In this document: positions 37,299 to 50,395 of the stretch, one piece after another
Layout: each line of letters begins with the position of its first letter
How positions within the stretch are numbered: the stretch's first letter is position 1
Source of the DNA: Squalus acanthias
Taxonomy: Eukaryota
Reading direction: 5' to 3'
DNA: 64,000 nt
NCBI GenBank assembly: GCA_030390025.1
Contig: CM059432.1
Location: forward strand, 12,772,001 to 12,836,000
Program-made: the position numbers and the translations under genes
Notes under the pieces: generated by a model
Seen by the model: the letters and a program-made list of their open reading frames with translations, nothing else
Told to the model about the DNA's origin: nothing
Database searches by the model: none

Positions 37299-37995
37299 TG
37301 GGCGACTTTAACTCGGAAGAATTGGGAGGCATAAGTGGGCGACCAACCGTCCGAACCCTGGGGGGGCGATTTTGCCAGCCCTGGGGAGGCGGGAATGCAG
37401 GTGGGACTGCCGGGAAAATGGCAGAATCTGGGGTCAGGTGCCCAGCCCGCCCCCAACCCGCCTCCATGCCATCATCCCAGGAGGCGGGTAGCCGTCCCGC
37501 GCCGGGTCCCGTCTCCTTGGAGGCGGGAAGGGATTAAAGCCTATTAACTGCCTGTTAACCCGACAAGTGGGATTCCCGCCTCCAAAAGCTCCCCATTAGC
37601 AAAATCACCCCCTTGGTGTATAAGATTTTAACTCCCGGGCCTCATTTGCAAGCACTGACTCTGATTCCCGCCTGAAGCTGGTTGGAATTACTTCACCATA
37701 GGCAGGCAGTGGTTAGAATTTAGCGAGGGTGGGGGGCGGTAGATCAGACCACTGCAGGGACCCATGGAAATGGTTCCCGGCAAGGTATGTACAGATTGGG
37801 CAGGGGGGAGGGGCGACAAGTCTGCAATAGTGGGAGGGAGGTAAGCCCGGGGCATAGGAGGTCCAAGGTATCCTTGTTCTGCCAAGTGGAGAACTCCTGC
37901 TCCGTCTGATCCACAAGGAATCTTTTAAGTTTTTTTTTAAAGATCACTTACCTGGGTCTGGATCCTTGCTGCTGGCAGCTTTAATTGGCTGGCCG
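37299..37995. mobile_element. Nested GC-rich MITEs (inner about 37362-37612)
   Basis: Inner TIR gggggcgattttgc / gcaaaatcaccccc; outer starts gggcgactttaac; no clean TSD. Confidence 0.55.
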
Positions 37996-40900
37996 AAGAC
38001 TCAAAGGTTGTAATCTCTGGATTACTCCCGGAGCCACGTGCTAGTGAGTATAGGAATAGGAGGATAGAGCAGATGAATGCGTGGCTAAAGAGTTGGTGCA
38101 GGAGGGAGGGCTTTAGTTTCCTGGATCACTAGGTCTGCTTCTGGGGAAGGTGGGACCTGTACAAGTTGGACAGGTTGCACCTGAACCGGAACGGGACCAA
38201 CATCCTTGCGGGGAGGTTTGCTAGTACTGTTGGGGGGGGGTTTAAACTAACTTGGCAGGGGGATGGGATATGGAGTGGAGCTATAGTAGGGGGTGATGCA
38301 CAGCCAAATACAGAGGAAAAAACAAGTCAGCCTGGAAGGCAGAGCAAATATGTAATGGCACAAGGGAGTATGGCAAGGCTGGATGGCATTTATTTTAATG
38401 CAAGGAGTCTTGCGAGTAAGGCAGATGAATTGAAGGTGTTGATGAACATATGGGAGTATGATATTGTTGCTATCACAGAGACATGGTTGAGGGAAGGGCA
38501 GGACTGGCAGCTTAATATTCCGGGGTATATAATCTTCAGGCGAGACAGAGTGTAAAAGAGGAGGGGGTGTCGCAATATTAATCAAGGAGTCAATTACTGC
38601 TGTAAGGAGGGATGATATCTTAGCAGGTTCCTCTAATGAGGCCATATGGGTAGAACTTAAAAACAAAAAGGGGGCAAGCACTTTGCTGGGAGTGTACTAT
38701 AGGCCCCCAAACAGTCAGGGGGAGATAGAGGAACAGATATGTAGGCAAATCTCAGAGAAGCGTAGAAATAATAGGGTAATAATAGTAGGGGATTTCAACT
38801 TCCCCAATATTAACTGGGATAGTCAGAGTGTGAAAGGCTTAGAGGGTGCGGAATTCTTAAAGTGCATCCAGGAGAGCTTTTTGAGCCAGCATGTAGAAAG
38901 TCCTACAAGAGAGGGGGCGGTACTGGACCTAATTCTAGGGAATGTAGCCGGGCAAGTGGTAGAAGTGTTAGTAGGAGAGCATTTTGGTGACAGTGACCAT
39001 AATTCGGTGAGATTTAAGGTAGTCATGGAAAAGGACAAAGATGGACCGGAAATAAAGGTTCTAAATTGGGGGAAGGCCGATTTTAATATGATAAGGCAGG
39101 ATAAGGCAGGATAAGGCCAAAGTGGACTGGGATCAGCTACTTGTAGGAAAATCCACAGCAGAGCAGTGGGAGTCTTTCAGAAAGGAAATAGAGAGAGTAC
39201 AACGGCAACATGTTCCCATAAAGGTCAAGGGTGGGACCAACAAGCCCAGGGAACCCTGGATGTCAAGGGATATACGAGAATGGATTAGGAAAAAAAGGGA
39301 GGCTTTTGGCAGATACAAAGGACTAAAAACAGTGGAAGCCCTAGAGGAGTATAGAAAGTGCAGGGGGGTACTTAAAAAAGAAATTAGGAGAGCGAAGAGA
39401 CGGCATGAAAAAACACTGGCAGGCAAAATAAAGGAAAATCCCAAGGTGTTTTATAAGTATATTAAGGGCAAGAGGATAACCAGGGAAAGAGTAGGGCCCA
39501 TTAGGGACCAAAGTGGTCATCTGTGTGTAGAGGCAGAAGATGTAGGTGAGGTTTTAAATGAATATTTTGCATCTGTGTTCACTATGGAGAAGGACGATGT
39601 AGGCATAGAAATCAGGCAGGGGGATTGTGATATACTTGAAAAAAATTAGTATTGAGAGGGAGGAGGTACTAACGGTTTTAGCGGGCTTACAAGTGGATAA
39701 ATCCCCAGGCCCAGGCGAGATGTATCCCAGGCTGCTGTGTGAGGCAAGGGAGGAGATTGCAGGGGCTCTGACACAAATTTTCAGAACCTCTCTGGCAACA
39801 GGGGAGGTGCCAGAGGACTGGAGAACAGCTAACGTAGTACCATTATTCAAGAAGGCTAGTAGGGATAAACCAGGGAATTACAGGCCAGTGAGCCTAACAT
39901 CAGTGGTAGGGAAATTATTGGAAAAAATTCTGAGGGACAAAATTAGTCTCCACTTGGAGAGGCAAGCATTAATCAAGGATAGTCAACATGGCTTTGTCAG
40001 GGGGAGATCATGTCTGACCAATTTGATTGAATTTTTCGAGGGGTTGACTAGGTGTGTGGATGAGGGTAGTGCAGTTGATGTGGTCTACATGGACTTCAGT
40101 AAGGCTTTTGACAAAGTCCCACATGGGAGACTGGTCAAGAAGGTAAGAGCCCATGGGATCCAGGGCAACTTGGCACATTGGATCCAAAATTGGCTTAGTG
40201 GCAGGAGGCAGAGGGTTGTTTTTGTGACTGGAAGCCTGTGTCCAGTGGTGTACCGCAGGGATCGGTGCTGGGTCCTTTGCTGTTTGTAGTGTACATTAAT
40301 GATTTAGATATGAATGTAGGAGGTATGATCAGTAAGTTCGCAGATGACACGAAAATTGGTGGGGTGGTAAATAGCGAGGAGGGAAGCCTCAGGCTACAGG
40401 ACGATATAGACGGGTTGGTCAGATGGGCAGAACAGTGGCATATGGAATTTAACCCTGAAAAGTGTGAGGTGATGCATTTTGGGAGGACTAACAAGGCAAG
40501 GGAATACACAATGAATGGTAGGACCCTAGGAAGGACAAAGGATCAGAGGGACCTTGGTGTGCATGTACATAGATCCCTGAAGGCAGCAGGACAGGTAGAT
40601 AAGGTGGTTAAAAAGGCATATGGGATACTTGCCTTCATTAGCCGAGGCATAGAATATAAGAGCAGGGAGGTTATGATGGAGCTGTACAAAATGTTAGTTA
40701 GGCCACAGCTGGAATACTGTGTGCAGTTCTGGTCGCCACACTATAGGAAGGATGTAATTGCATTGGAGAGGGTGCAGAGGAGATTCACCAGGATGTTACC
40801 TGGGCTGCAGCGCTTCAGCTATGAAGAGAGACTGGACAGGCTAGGGGTTGTTTTCCTTAGAGCAGAGAAGGCTGAGGGGGGACCTGATTGAGGTGTACAA

Positions 40901-41255
40901 AATTATGAGGGGCATAGATAGGGTAGATAGAAAGGAACTTTTCCCCTTAGTAGAGGGGTCAATAACCAAGGGGCATAGTTTCAAGGTAAGGGGCAGGAGG
41001 TTTAGAGGGGATTTGAGGAAAAACTTTTTCACCCAGAGGGTGGTTGGAATCTGGAACTCACTGCCTGAAAGGGTGGTAGAGGCAGGAACCCTCACAACAT
41101 TCAAGAAGCATTTAGATGAGCACTTGAAACGCCATAGCATACAAGGCTACGGACCAAGTGCTGGAAAATTGGATTAGAATAGAAAGGGCTGGATGGCCGG
41201 CGCAGACACGATGGGCCGAAGGGCCTCGTTCTGTGCTGTATAACTCTATGACGCT
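37996..41255 (+). mobile_element. Long CR1 LINE: ORF1 esterase C-terminus plus ORF2 (APE endonuclease, RT), frameshifted
   Basis: KVVISGLLP..DRLHLNRNGTNILA; YFNARSL, AITETWL, GVYYRPP, VGDFNFP, SDHN, QHGF, FADD; (ggataaggca) duplication near 39090. Confidence 0.95.
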
Positions 41256-42967
41256 ATGACTGTGCAAGCCATATTTGGGCATGTGGTTAAAATGGTGTGC
41301 ACGTCCCAATGACATCATTGGGACGCGACACCGCCATTTAAATTAGGTCCCGCTCTTCTGGGGCAGCCGGCCTTTCCAGGCCTGAATTCCGGCAAGAAAA
41401 AATGGTGGTGGAGGGGTGCGGAAATGGTGCCAACGTCCCTGTCATTTACCCTCCCCCATGTGCACCATTCCCGCTGGGCAAGGGTTGGGTTAAAATCGGC
41501 CCTTTCGATTGGAAAATTACACTTTAATAAGTCCGACCGAAGCAGTAACATTTGAACAATTGTCTGCTAACTTCAAATGGCGGCCAAACACACACAAATC
41601 ACACAGCATGCTTCTATTCGAATTGAGTGACTTGGCTTGCTCCTATTCAAGCAAGCTGGCCCGCAACCAATTGCACAACAGTTGGTAACATTGCATTGAG
41701 CTAAACTGGGGACATGAGACTCTTCCACGGTGGTGCACTCTGGAAGCAGCCGCTTGCCAGCACTGCTCATGGCCAAAGAATTGGGTGATTAGGTCTCAGT
41801 GACTCAGCGCTGAACTCCCGTTTTCATTGAAACAAAAGCTTTGTAAATTTTTTTGAGTTAGCGCAGTGTGCATGGGCTGGCCCCTACAAAGTTATGTAAA
41901 TTATTTCCGATTTCCCTCTTGCAAGCCTACCCAGATGTTGGGGCAGCACAGCTGTATTTTCACCTGACTGTGGAACGAGCCCAGTGGCTGCTGGTTTTTA
42001 ACACCCCCCCCCCCCCCACCTCGCCACCCTCTCACACCCCCACTTGCGTATCGTGACAGAAACAAAGAAATCAATGCCAAACTAAATCCTGAATCTTAGG
42101 CAAATAATGCTTCATTTTTGTCACGGCCTCTACAGCTGCCCAGCCGAGTTCAACTGAGTTAGCATCAGACCGGGGTCAAATGTGAGCCTTCCTGGCCGAT
42201 ATGTTTTAATGAGAACAGCCTGAGCTATTACCATAAGAATCCAGTAATACAGGACTCTGCAATTGTCTCCGCTCTAAGTAGCATTTTTGGAATGCTTCAA
42301 GCATACAGTGCTCGTATGCATTCCTTTTTGTGAGGCCCGAGCGTCACATTCTCTTCAGAGACTCGAATAATATTAAAGACTGCCGGGGTCTTGCATATCT
42401 CCATCATCACATTCGATGTGATCAATGCCCCCCTTTGTTTACAAACAAGAATTTCTGTTTTTGTGAAGCACGAACCCCTGAGCACATGGGAGCGCTAACG
42501 TGCAGTTTTAAACTGCTCCATAGTCAAGCGGCAAGGAAACAATTTTATTTTGCAATACTGACACAAATTAAAAACATACCCCAATCAGATTCCGGTATTA
42601 TAAAAATATGTATTTTTTTTTTTAAAAACTGATTACTTCTGTCATCTCCAATATTTCACTTATTTAATCTTCAATAACGGACTGAAAGCAGAGCACTGAC
42701 AACCATGTCATCCTTAGATTTTGAACAGATGTGCACTGACCCATATTTCTCTTTTTTTTTTAACACAAAAGGGATTGAACTTGTTATGTTTTTTTAAAAA
42801 TATAAGATTCTGAGCAGGTGACATGTTGCATTTACAGATAGAATTGTTGGAAAAAGCTGGATTGTGTTTGGATAGCTTCCTAATCTGGCTCTGATTTAGG
42901 ATCCATTGCAACAAATCTTTCTAAGAGACAATGTAGAATGTGTATGTGATTGTGTCTAGTATCTAGT

Positions 42968-43290
42968 GTCAGCTGTGGCTCAGTTGGTAGCACACTTGCC
43001 TCTGAGTCAGAAGGTTGTGGGTTCAAATCCCACTCCAGGGATTTGGGCACATTCTCTTCTCTTCTTCTTAGGCAGTTCCTCAGAACCAAGGATGACTTGC
43101 TTCCACGCTAAAAATTCAGTTCTCAGGTGACTGATGAGTCTAATGCGGGACCTACAGTTTGAGCAGACAGTTGATTGAAGGGGCAGGTGGGTGGGGTGCT
43201 TGGGTTGACGTGCGCTCCTTGAGCACATAAAGCTATGGTTGACACTGCATTGCTGAGGGAGTGCTGCACTGTCGGAGATGCCATCTTTGA
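42968..43290 (+). mobile_element. SacSINE1-like 5' part with nested RTE 3' end (about 43051-43215, minus)
   Basis: tRNA head; nested CRSRIRLISHLRT with (aag)n tail. Confidence 0.7.
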
Positions 43291-45905
43291 TATTAGGAAA
43301 GCAAAGAGAGAGCATGAAAAATTCTTGGCAAGGAAAACCCAAAGATGTTTTATAAATATATTAAGAGTAAGAGGATAATTAAAGAAAGGGTAGGGCCTAT
43401 TAAAGATCATGGGGGTAATCTGTGTGTGGAGGCGGGAGACGTCGGTAGGGTTCTTAATGAATACTTTGTGTCTGTTTTCACAAAGGAGAGGGGTGAAGCA
43501 GACATTGCTATTGGGGGGGAGGAGTGTGAAATATTGGCCCAGAAATTGATCTCGCTCTGTTCCCGCGGGGGTAAGCCTTCCCCGCGATGTCTCACCTCGC
43601 TTATGCTTTTTCAGAGCCAGCTCGCACGAACTTGATGTTCCAGACATCAGCTGTGCTGGGCTTGCGTATCCCAGCGGCGTAGTGAATTCGTGCGAGCTGT
43701 GGGATCACGTGACTCAGTTAGAGCCAATGGCAGCACACCATCTTCCATTCATAAGTCTCACAGCATGGCTGTGAAATCTATGAATCTTACACCCCCCCAA
43801 AATAACAGCTAAACCTCAATTAAATTTAAAAAAAAACCATCACATTAATAAAATAAGTATAGTTAATTAAATTAACCATTTTAAATAAAAAATTAAATTT
43901 TTGAAAACATTTAAAATCTTTTAAAAAGTTATAAAAATAAACTTACCTGTCTTTAAAGTCTCTAAAAAAGATATACCTGTAAAAAAAAATTCAAAAAAAT
44001 ACTTAATTCACTACTTACCTTCTTAAAAGCGGGTCTTACTCCTCCTTTTTACATTTCCAAAATCTTCCCTACTTACCTGCGCGTCCAAAGCATGAAGTGC
44101 ACAGCGTGCGCGCAGCCTGTAGCGCGCACGCGATGCACCCAGGCCCCGCCCCCTTTTCAGAAGAGCAATTGCCGGTTTTCAGCGCATGCGCAGGGCATGC
44201 AGAAAACCGGCAATTGGAGTGGGAATACGCGAGAGTACGCAGTGCGTACTCTCGCGTCCCGGGATCAAGTTTCGGCCCAATAGATGACATAAACATAGTG
44301 AGAGAGTAAGTATTAAGGGGTTTAGCAGCTTTAAAAGTGGATAAATCCCCAGGCCCGGATGAAATGTATCCCAGGCTGTTAAGCGGAGGAAATGGCAGAG
44401 GCACTGACCATCATTTTCCAATCCTCCCTGGCTTCAGGTGTGGTGCCGGAGGACTGCTAATGTGGTACTCTTGTTTAAAAAGGGAGAAAAGGATAGACTG
44501 AGTAATTACAGGCCAGTCAGCCTAACCTTGGTGGTGGGAAAATTATTGGAAAGAATTCTGAAGGACAGGATAAATCTTCATTTAGAAAGACACGGATTAA
44601 TCAAGGATAGTCAGCATGGATTGTTAACGGAAGGTCGTGTCTGACAAACTTGATTGAATTTTTTGGGGAGGTAACGAGGAGGGTAGATGAGGGTAGTGCA
44701 TTTGATGTAGTGCATATGGACTTTAGCAAGGTTTTTGATAAGGTTCCACATGGTCGACTGGTCACGAAGTTAAAAGCCCATGGGATCCAGGGCAAAGTGT
44801 CAAGTTGGATTCAAAACTGGCTCAGAGACAGGAAGCAGAGGGTAATGGTTGATGGGTGTTTTTGTGACTGGAAGGCTGTTTCCAGTGGGGTTCCGCAGGG
44901 CTCAGTACTAGGCCCCTTGCTTTTTGTGGTATATATCAACGATCTTGACTTGAATATAGGGGGTATGATTAAGAAGTTTGCAGATGATACTAAAATCAGC
45001 TGTGTGGTTGATACTGAAGAAGGAAGCTGTAGACTGCAGGAAGATATCAATAAATTGGTCAGGTGGGCAGAACAGTGGCAAATGGAATTCAATCTGGAGA
45101 AGTGTGAGGTAATGCATTTGGGGAGGGCTAACAAGGAAAGGGAATACACATTAAATGGTAGGACACTGAGTAATGTAGAGGAACAAAGGGACCTTGGAGT
45201 GCATGTCCACAGATTCCTGAAGGTAGCAGGCCAAGTAGATAAGGTGGTTAAGAAGGCATACGGAATGCTTGCCTTTATTAGCCGTGGCATAGAATACAAG
45301 AGCAGGGGGGTTATGCTTCAACTGTATAAAATACTAGTTAGGCCTCAGCTAGAGTACTGCATGCAGTTCTGGTCACCACATTACAGGAAAGATGTGATTG
45401 CACTAGAGAGGGTACAGAGGAGATTTACAAGGATGTTGCCGGGAGTAGAGAATCTTAGCTATGGGGAAAGACTGGATAGGCTGGGTCTGTTTTCCTTGGA
45501 ACAGAGGAGGCTGAGGGGAGACCTTATTGAGGTGTATAAAATTATGAGGGACATAGAAAAATTGGATAGAAAGGACCTATTTCCCTTAGCAGAGAGGTCA
45601 AAAACCAGTGGGCACAGATTTAAAGTAATTGGTGCAAGGTTTAGAGGAGATTTGAGGGGAAATTTCTTCACCCAGAGGGTTGTGGAGGTCTGGAACTCAC
45701 TGCCTGAAAGGGTGGTAGAGGCAGGAACCCTAACCACATTTAAAAAGTACTTGGATGTGCACTTGGGATGCTCTAACCTGCAGGGCTACGGGCCAAGAGC
45801 TGGGAAGTGGGATTAGGCTGGATAGCTCTTTGTTGACCGGCGCGGACACGATGGTCTGAAATGGCCTCCTTCTGTGCTGTAACTTTCTATCATTCTATGA
45901 TTCTA
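43291..45905 (+). mobile_element. CR1 ORF2 (5'-truncated) split by MITE A copy 2
   Basis: FYKYIKSKR..; 388-aa RT ORF 44650-45816; (ttctatga)n tail. Confidence 0.95.
43536..44278 (+). mobile_element. Harbinger-type MITE, family A copy 2 (743 bp)
   Basis: Same TIRs; TSD att/aat; removal restores CR1 ECEILDDINIVRE. Confidence 0.92.
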
Positions 45906-45959
45906 TGCTACGGTAGGTTTTACTGGTCGGAGCATCCATGCAGGATGGTCCAACGGTAG

Positions 45960-46420
45960 ACCATTAAAATCTTCTAACTTCTCCCTTCCTTTTTCTAGTG
46001 ATTTATCCTGAGTCTATGACCTTTTGTTACCAATCTGTCAAGTGGAAACAATCTTTCACTATTTACCTTTTCAAAACTCTTGCTAATTTTGAAAACCTCT
46101 ATTATCCTTTTAACCTACTCTGTTCCAGTGAAGAATGCTCCAACTTTTCAAACCTTTCTTCATAGCTATAACCTTTCATTCCCAGTATCATTTCAACAAA
46201 TCTTCACTGTACCTTTTCCATCGCTCTAATATCCTTCTTCCAATGGGGATTCTGGAACTGCATGCAACTGTGGCCTAACCAATGGCTTTTACAAATTCAA
46301 CATAATTTTCCTGTTTTTGAATATTCCTATGTATGAAATCCATATTTCCATTTATCTTTTTAATGGGCTTTTCTATTAGCACTCACTTTAAAGGTCAATG
46401 TATCTGCACCCAGATTTCTC
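45960..46420 (-). mobile_element. Old CR1 3' fragment
   Basis: ttttgaaaacctctatt...aaatcttcactgtacc...tggcctaacc. Confidence 0.65.
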
Positions 46421-46486
46421 TTTCTTCCATTTTGTTAAAAATCTTATCATTTAGGTTATCATTTTCTTTCCCTGTTGTTCTCCCAT

Positions 46487-46920
46487 GTCAGCCGTGGCTC
46501 AGTGGGTAGCACTCTCACCTACTGAGTTAGAAGGTTGGTGGGTTCAAGTCCCACTCCAAGAGACTTGAGCACAAAAACCTGAGCTGACACTCCAGTGCAG
46601 TATTGAGGGAGTGCTGCACTGTCAGAGATGGCGTCTTTCGGATGAGATGATAAACCAAGGCCCCGTCTGCTCTCTCAGGCAGATGTAAAAGATCCCATGG
46701 CACTATTTCGAAGAAGAGCAGGAGAATTATCCCTGGTGTCCTGGCCAATATTTATTCCTCAACCTACACCTAAACCGATTATCACATTGCTGTTTGTGGG
46801 ACCTTGCTGTGCACAAGTTGGCTGCTGCATTTTCTACATTACAACAGTACTTCATTGGCTGTAAAGCACTTTGGGACGTCTGGTGGTCGTGAAAGGCGCT
46901 ATAGAAATGCAAGTTCTTTC
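46487..46920 (+). mobile_element. SacSINE1-like Deu-SINE
   Basis: Near-complete head, core and tail. Confidence 0.9.
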
Positions 46921-47419
46921 TTGAACATTTTCTAGGTTAGAAAGGTGATAGAGCCAACTGCAGATTAGAAATTGCAATTTAATCTTTGAATCAGCCCACC
47001 GAAAATTGCAGCTAGCAAAATATATATATTTAGTTCCATACTGGACTAAAAGTGTGAAACAGTCAGATAGCAATCAAGAATACTACTGTAGCGATGTTTT
47101 ATTAATTTATAAAATCTTAGCCTGCGATTATATAATTTTTTTCTATTCATAGATCCATAAACGTGTTGGCAACCTTTAGGAGAGCTTAGCACTGGCAGGA
47201 TCCTCTGGATAGGGATCTGAGGCCACATCAACCACAGCAAAAATGAACGTTGGCCTCCGAACTGCTGCAGAAAGGCCTCCTGGGAAATCAGGGAAACAAT
47301 TTTGTGAAAACGTCCTGGGGCAGAGTGCAAGATGAACACTGGTTTCAGTTCAGAGTGGTGGGCAAATAGATCAGGCAGCCAATTGGCTCCAATAACTGTG
47401 CCCAGAATCATTGTATAAT

Positions 47420-48245
47420 ATTACATAGAAAATACAACACAGGAGCAAACCGTTTGGCTCATCCAGTCTGTGTTGGTGTTTATCCTCCACATTTCACATT
47501 CCCACCCTTTATCCCACTTTCCTCAACCACTTATCTAACCTATTCTTAAATGTTGACATGATTTCTGCTTCAATCACTAACTGCAGTGTTATATTCCACT
47601 GTCTCACAACACTCTGTGTAAAAAAAACATTTCGCCTGCTCTCTATCCTAAATCTCATACATTTAATTTTATATTAAACTCATTTCACTAGAATCATGCA
47701 GCACAGAAGGAGGCCATTCGACTAATTCATGCCTGTGCCGGCTTTTTGAAAGAGTTATCCAATTGGTCCCTCTCCCCTGCTCTTTCTCCACAGTCGTGCA
47801 AATTTTTCCCCTTCAAGTGTTTATCCAGTTACCTTTTAAAAGTTATTATTGAATCTGCTTCCACCACCCATTCAGGAAGTGCATTCCAGATCACAACAAC
47901 TCGCTATGTAAAAACATTTCTCCTCATCTCACCTCTGGATCTTTTTGCCAATTACCCCTTAAATCTGTGTCCTCTGGTTACCAACCCTTCTGCCACTGGT
48001 AACGGTTTCTCCTGATTTACTCTATCAAAACTCCTCATAAGTTTGAAAACCTCCTTTAAATCTCCCCTTAGCCTTCGCTGCTCTAAGAAGAACAACCCCA
48101 GCTTCTCTAGTTTTATTCTAGACTCCTCAAGCAGGAAACAGTTCTATCTATCCTGTCCCATTCCTTCATAATTTTAAACACCTTTATACAATTACCCCAT
48201 AATCTCCTCTGTTCTAATGGAAGCAGTTCCAATTTATCAAGTTTT
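47420..48245 (-). mobile_element. Nested CR1 3' fragments
   Basis: Younger 47690-48110 inside an older tail. Confidence 0.75.
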
Positions 48246-49952
48246 GATGCGCGTCTGAGTGTTTCCATTCCACACACTTGCTGCCCTCACTTGGTCAGAC
48301 CTTTGCCGACCATACCAAACTAGGAGGGTTAGTGGAATTGAAGGACGCAGCTCAGAAATTACAGCGTGTAGCATGGACTAAATGGAGGGAATTTTAACCC
48401 CCAAGAACGTGTGGGTTGGGAATGGGTGGGATGGGGTAAAAAATGTTGAATTTTAGAGCGGGAGCGCAACACGTCCACTTCCGGTTTAACGGAGGCGCGT
48501 TTGGATGCAGGCGAGACACTGCTCGCCGAAGTCGGGTATTCCCTAATTGGATGTGGGCGGGTACTTATTGGCACAATTAACGTCCTTCGGAGACGTTAAT
48601 GAGGTATTTTAAATTGTTTTTAACTTTTGGCTCCAAATTTTACTTGAGTAGCATGGGTTTCCCGGGGCTCGGGAAACTGACCAGGGAAACAGAGGCGAGT
48701 TTGAGCAGCAGTTCAGGTGGGTATTTCAACTTGTCATTGTCCCCTCTGAATAAAACCTCAATTGTTGCCGGGAAACAAGGGAAACATTCAACGCAGGGAA
48801 GAGCCACGAGGTTGATCCCTAGTGTCAAATGTCCAAGTTTTTTGATTGAGTTGCACTGCAGCAGAGCAGAAACATTTCTACTCCTTGTGGAGGGGTTCGG
48901 AGTATTATGATCATTTTTGTAACTCAACAGTCGTCTATGTGCATTATTTATCCAGATGTGGAGACTGCGACTATTTCCTGGACTCCGCTCAGCCCTCAGA
49001 ACTATCTTAGTCAACAGCTCAAAAAAAGCATATTTTAATAATTTATTACAGGGCTAATCTAAATTTCTATCGCCATGACTCACTGGCACTATAAACACAA
49101 ATATATTTCAAAAATGCCAGTTCAGGAAGGAATTGAAGTGGGGAATGCGCCAGGCAGCAAACACATATCCTGTTGGCAGAGCCAGAAGCAACACTGGCTT
49201 TCAGAGCTGGCGGGGAATCAGTGACCCATTTACCTATCTTCAATACTGAAGGAGGTTACATGCACACACGTTCCTATAATGAGCAAATGTTAAATGAAGC
49301 AGAGAGTGAAACAGGAGATGGATTTAAAAGAAAAGTCAAAGCTTTTTTACTCTGCCTTCTCGAGGAACATGTATTCCACCATCTCAGTTGTAGTCCAATT
49401 TTTGTTATAACTTCTGTCATTCCCAGTTCCCCATTAAATTCACGGGGCCCTGCGGGCTACCGCTCGACCCCGTAGACTCTCCTTACGACCTCGGTGCCTC
49501 CCAGGTCCAGCGAGCTTCCTCTAGGGCCCCGACTGGCCACATCAACTGTAATAAAGAAGTGAGGCCTACAGACCAATCGCCCCTGATCCTGCCACTGGCC
49601 TCTTTAGAGTCTACAATCGCTTCAGGAACGATCCAATTTCTAGGCCAGTGCCTCTCTCTGAACTGGGGTCCAGAGAGGGTCGAACTGGGGAACACAGTTG
49701 GATCTGCGGGAGGGAATGTTCAGCTAACTTTTGGGGAAGAGTTAGCCAGCTTGGTCTGTTAGAGAAGTTGAGTTACTAACAGCTGCTAATCTGCAAAAGA
49801 TTTCACTCAATAAATAGCCTTTAATTGACCACAGGATGTACTAATTAGACCAGTTCCCCAGGGAGAGCAGTGGCTTTAAAGGGAGAGAACAACTTAAACA
49901 CAGATTCACCTCAGCAGCTAAACATCATGACCGTATTAAAATATGCTTACTA

Positions 49953-50395
49953 AGCAGCCCGCTTGATTGGCACCCCATCCACCACCTTAAACATTCACTC
50001 CCTCCACCACCGCCGCACCGTGGCTACAGTGTGCACCATCTACAAGATGCACTGCAGCAACTCGCCAAGGCTTCTACGACAGCACCTCCCAAACCCGCGA
50101 CCTCTTCCACCTAGAAGGACAAGGGCAGCAGGCGCATGGGAACACCACCACCTCCAAGCTCCCCTCCAAGTCACACACCATCCTGACTTGGAAGTGTATC
50201 GCCGATCCTTCATCGCCGCTGGGTCAAAATCCTGGAACTCCCTCCCTAACAGCACTGTGGGAGCACCTTCACCACACGGACTGCAGCGGTTCAAGAAGGC
50301 GGCTCACCACCACCTTCTCAAGGGCAAATAGGGATGGGCAATAAATGCTGGCCTTGCCAGGGACGCCCACATCCCATAAAAACGAATTTTAAAAA
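49953..50395 (+). mobile_element. CR1/L2-group LINE 3' end (SINE partner)
   Basis: AARLIGTPSTTLNIHSLHHRR...SWNSLP...RFKKAAHHHLLKG*. Confidence 0.88.

Noticed and set aside
44650..45816. 388-aa RT ORF as an active or host gene
   Set aside because: Part of a 5'-truncated, frameshifted, MITE-interrupted CR1
46487..46560. tRNA genes (A/B boxes, here and at other SINE heads)
   Set aside because: tRNA-derived SINE heads that continue into the SINE core
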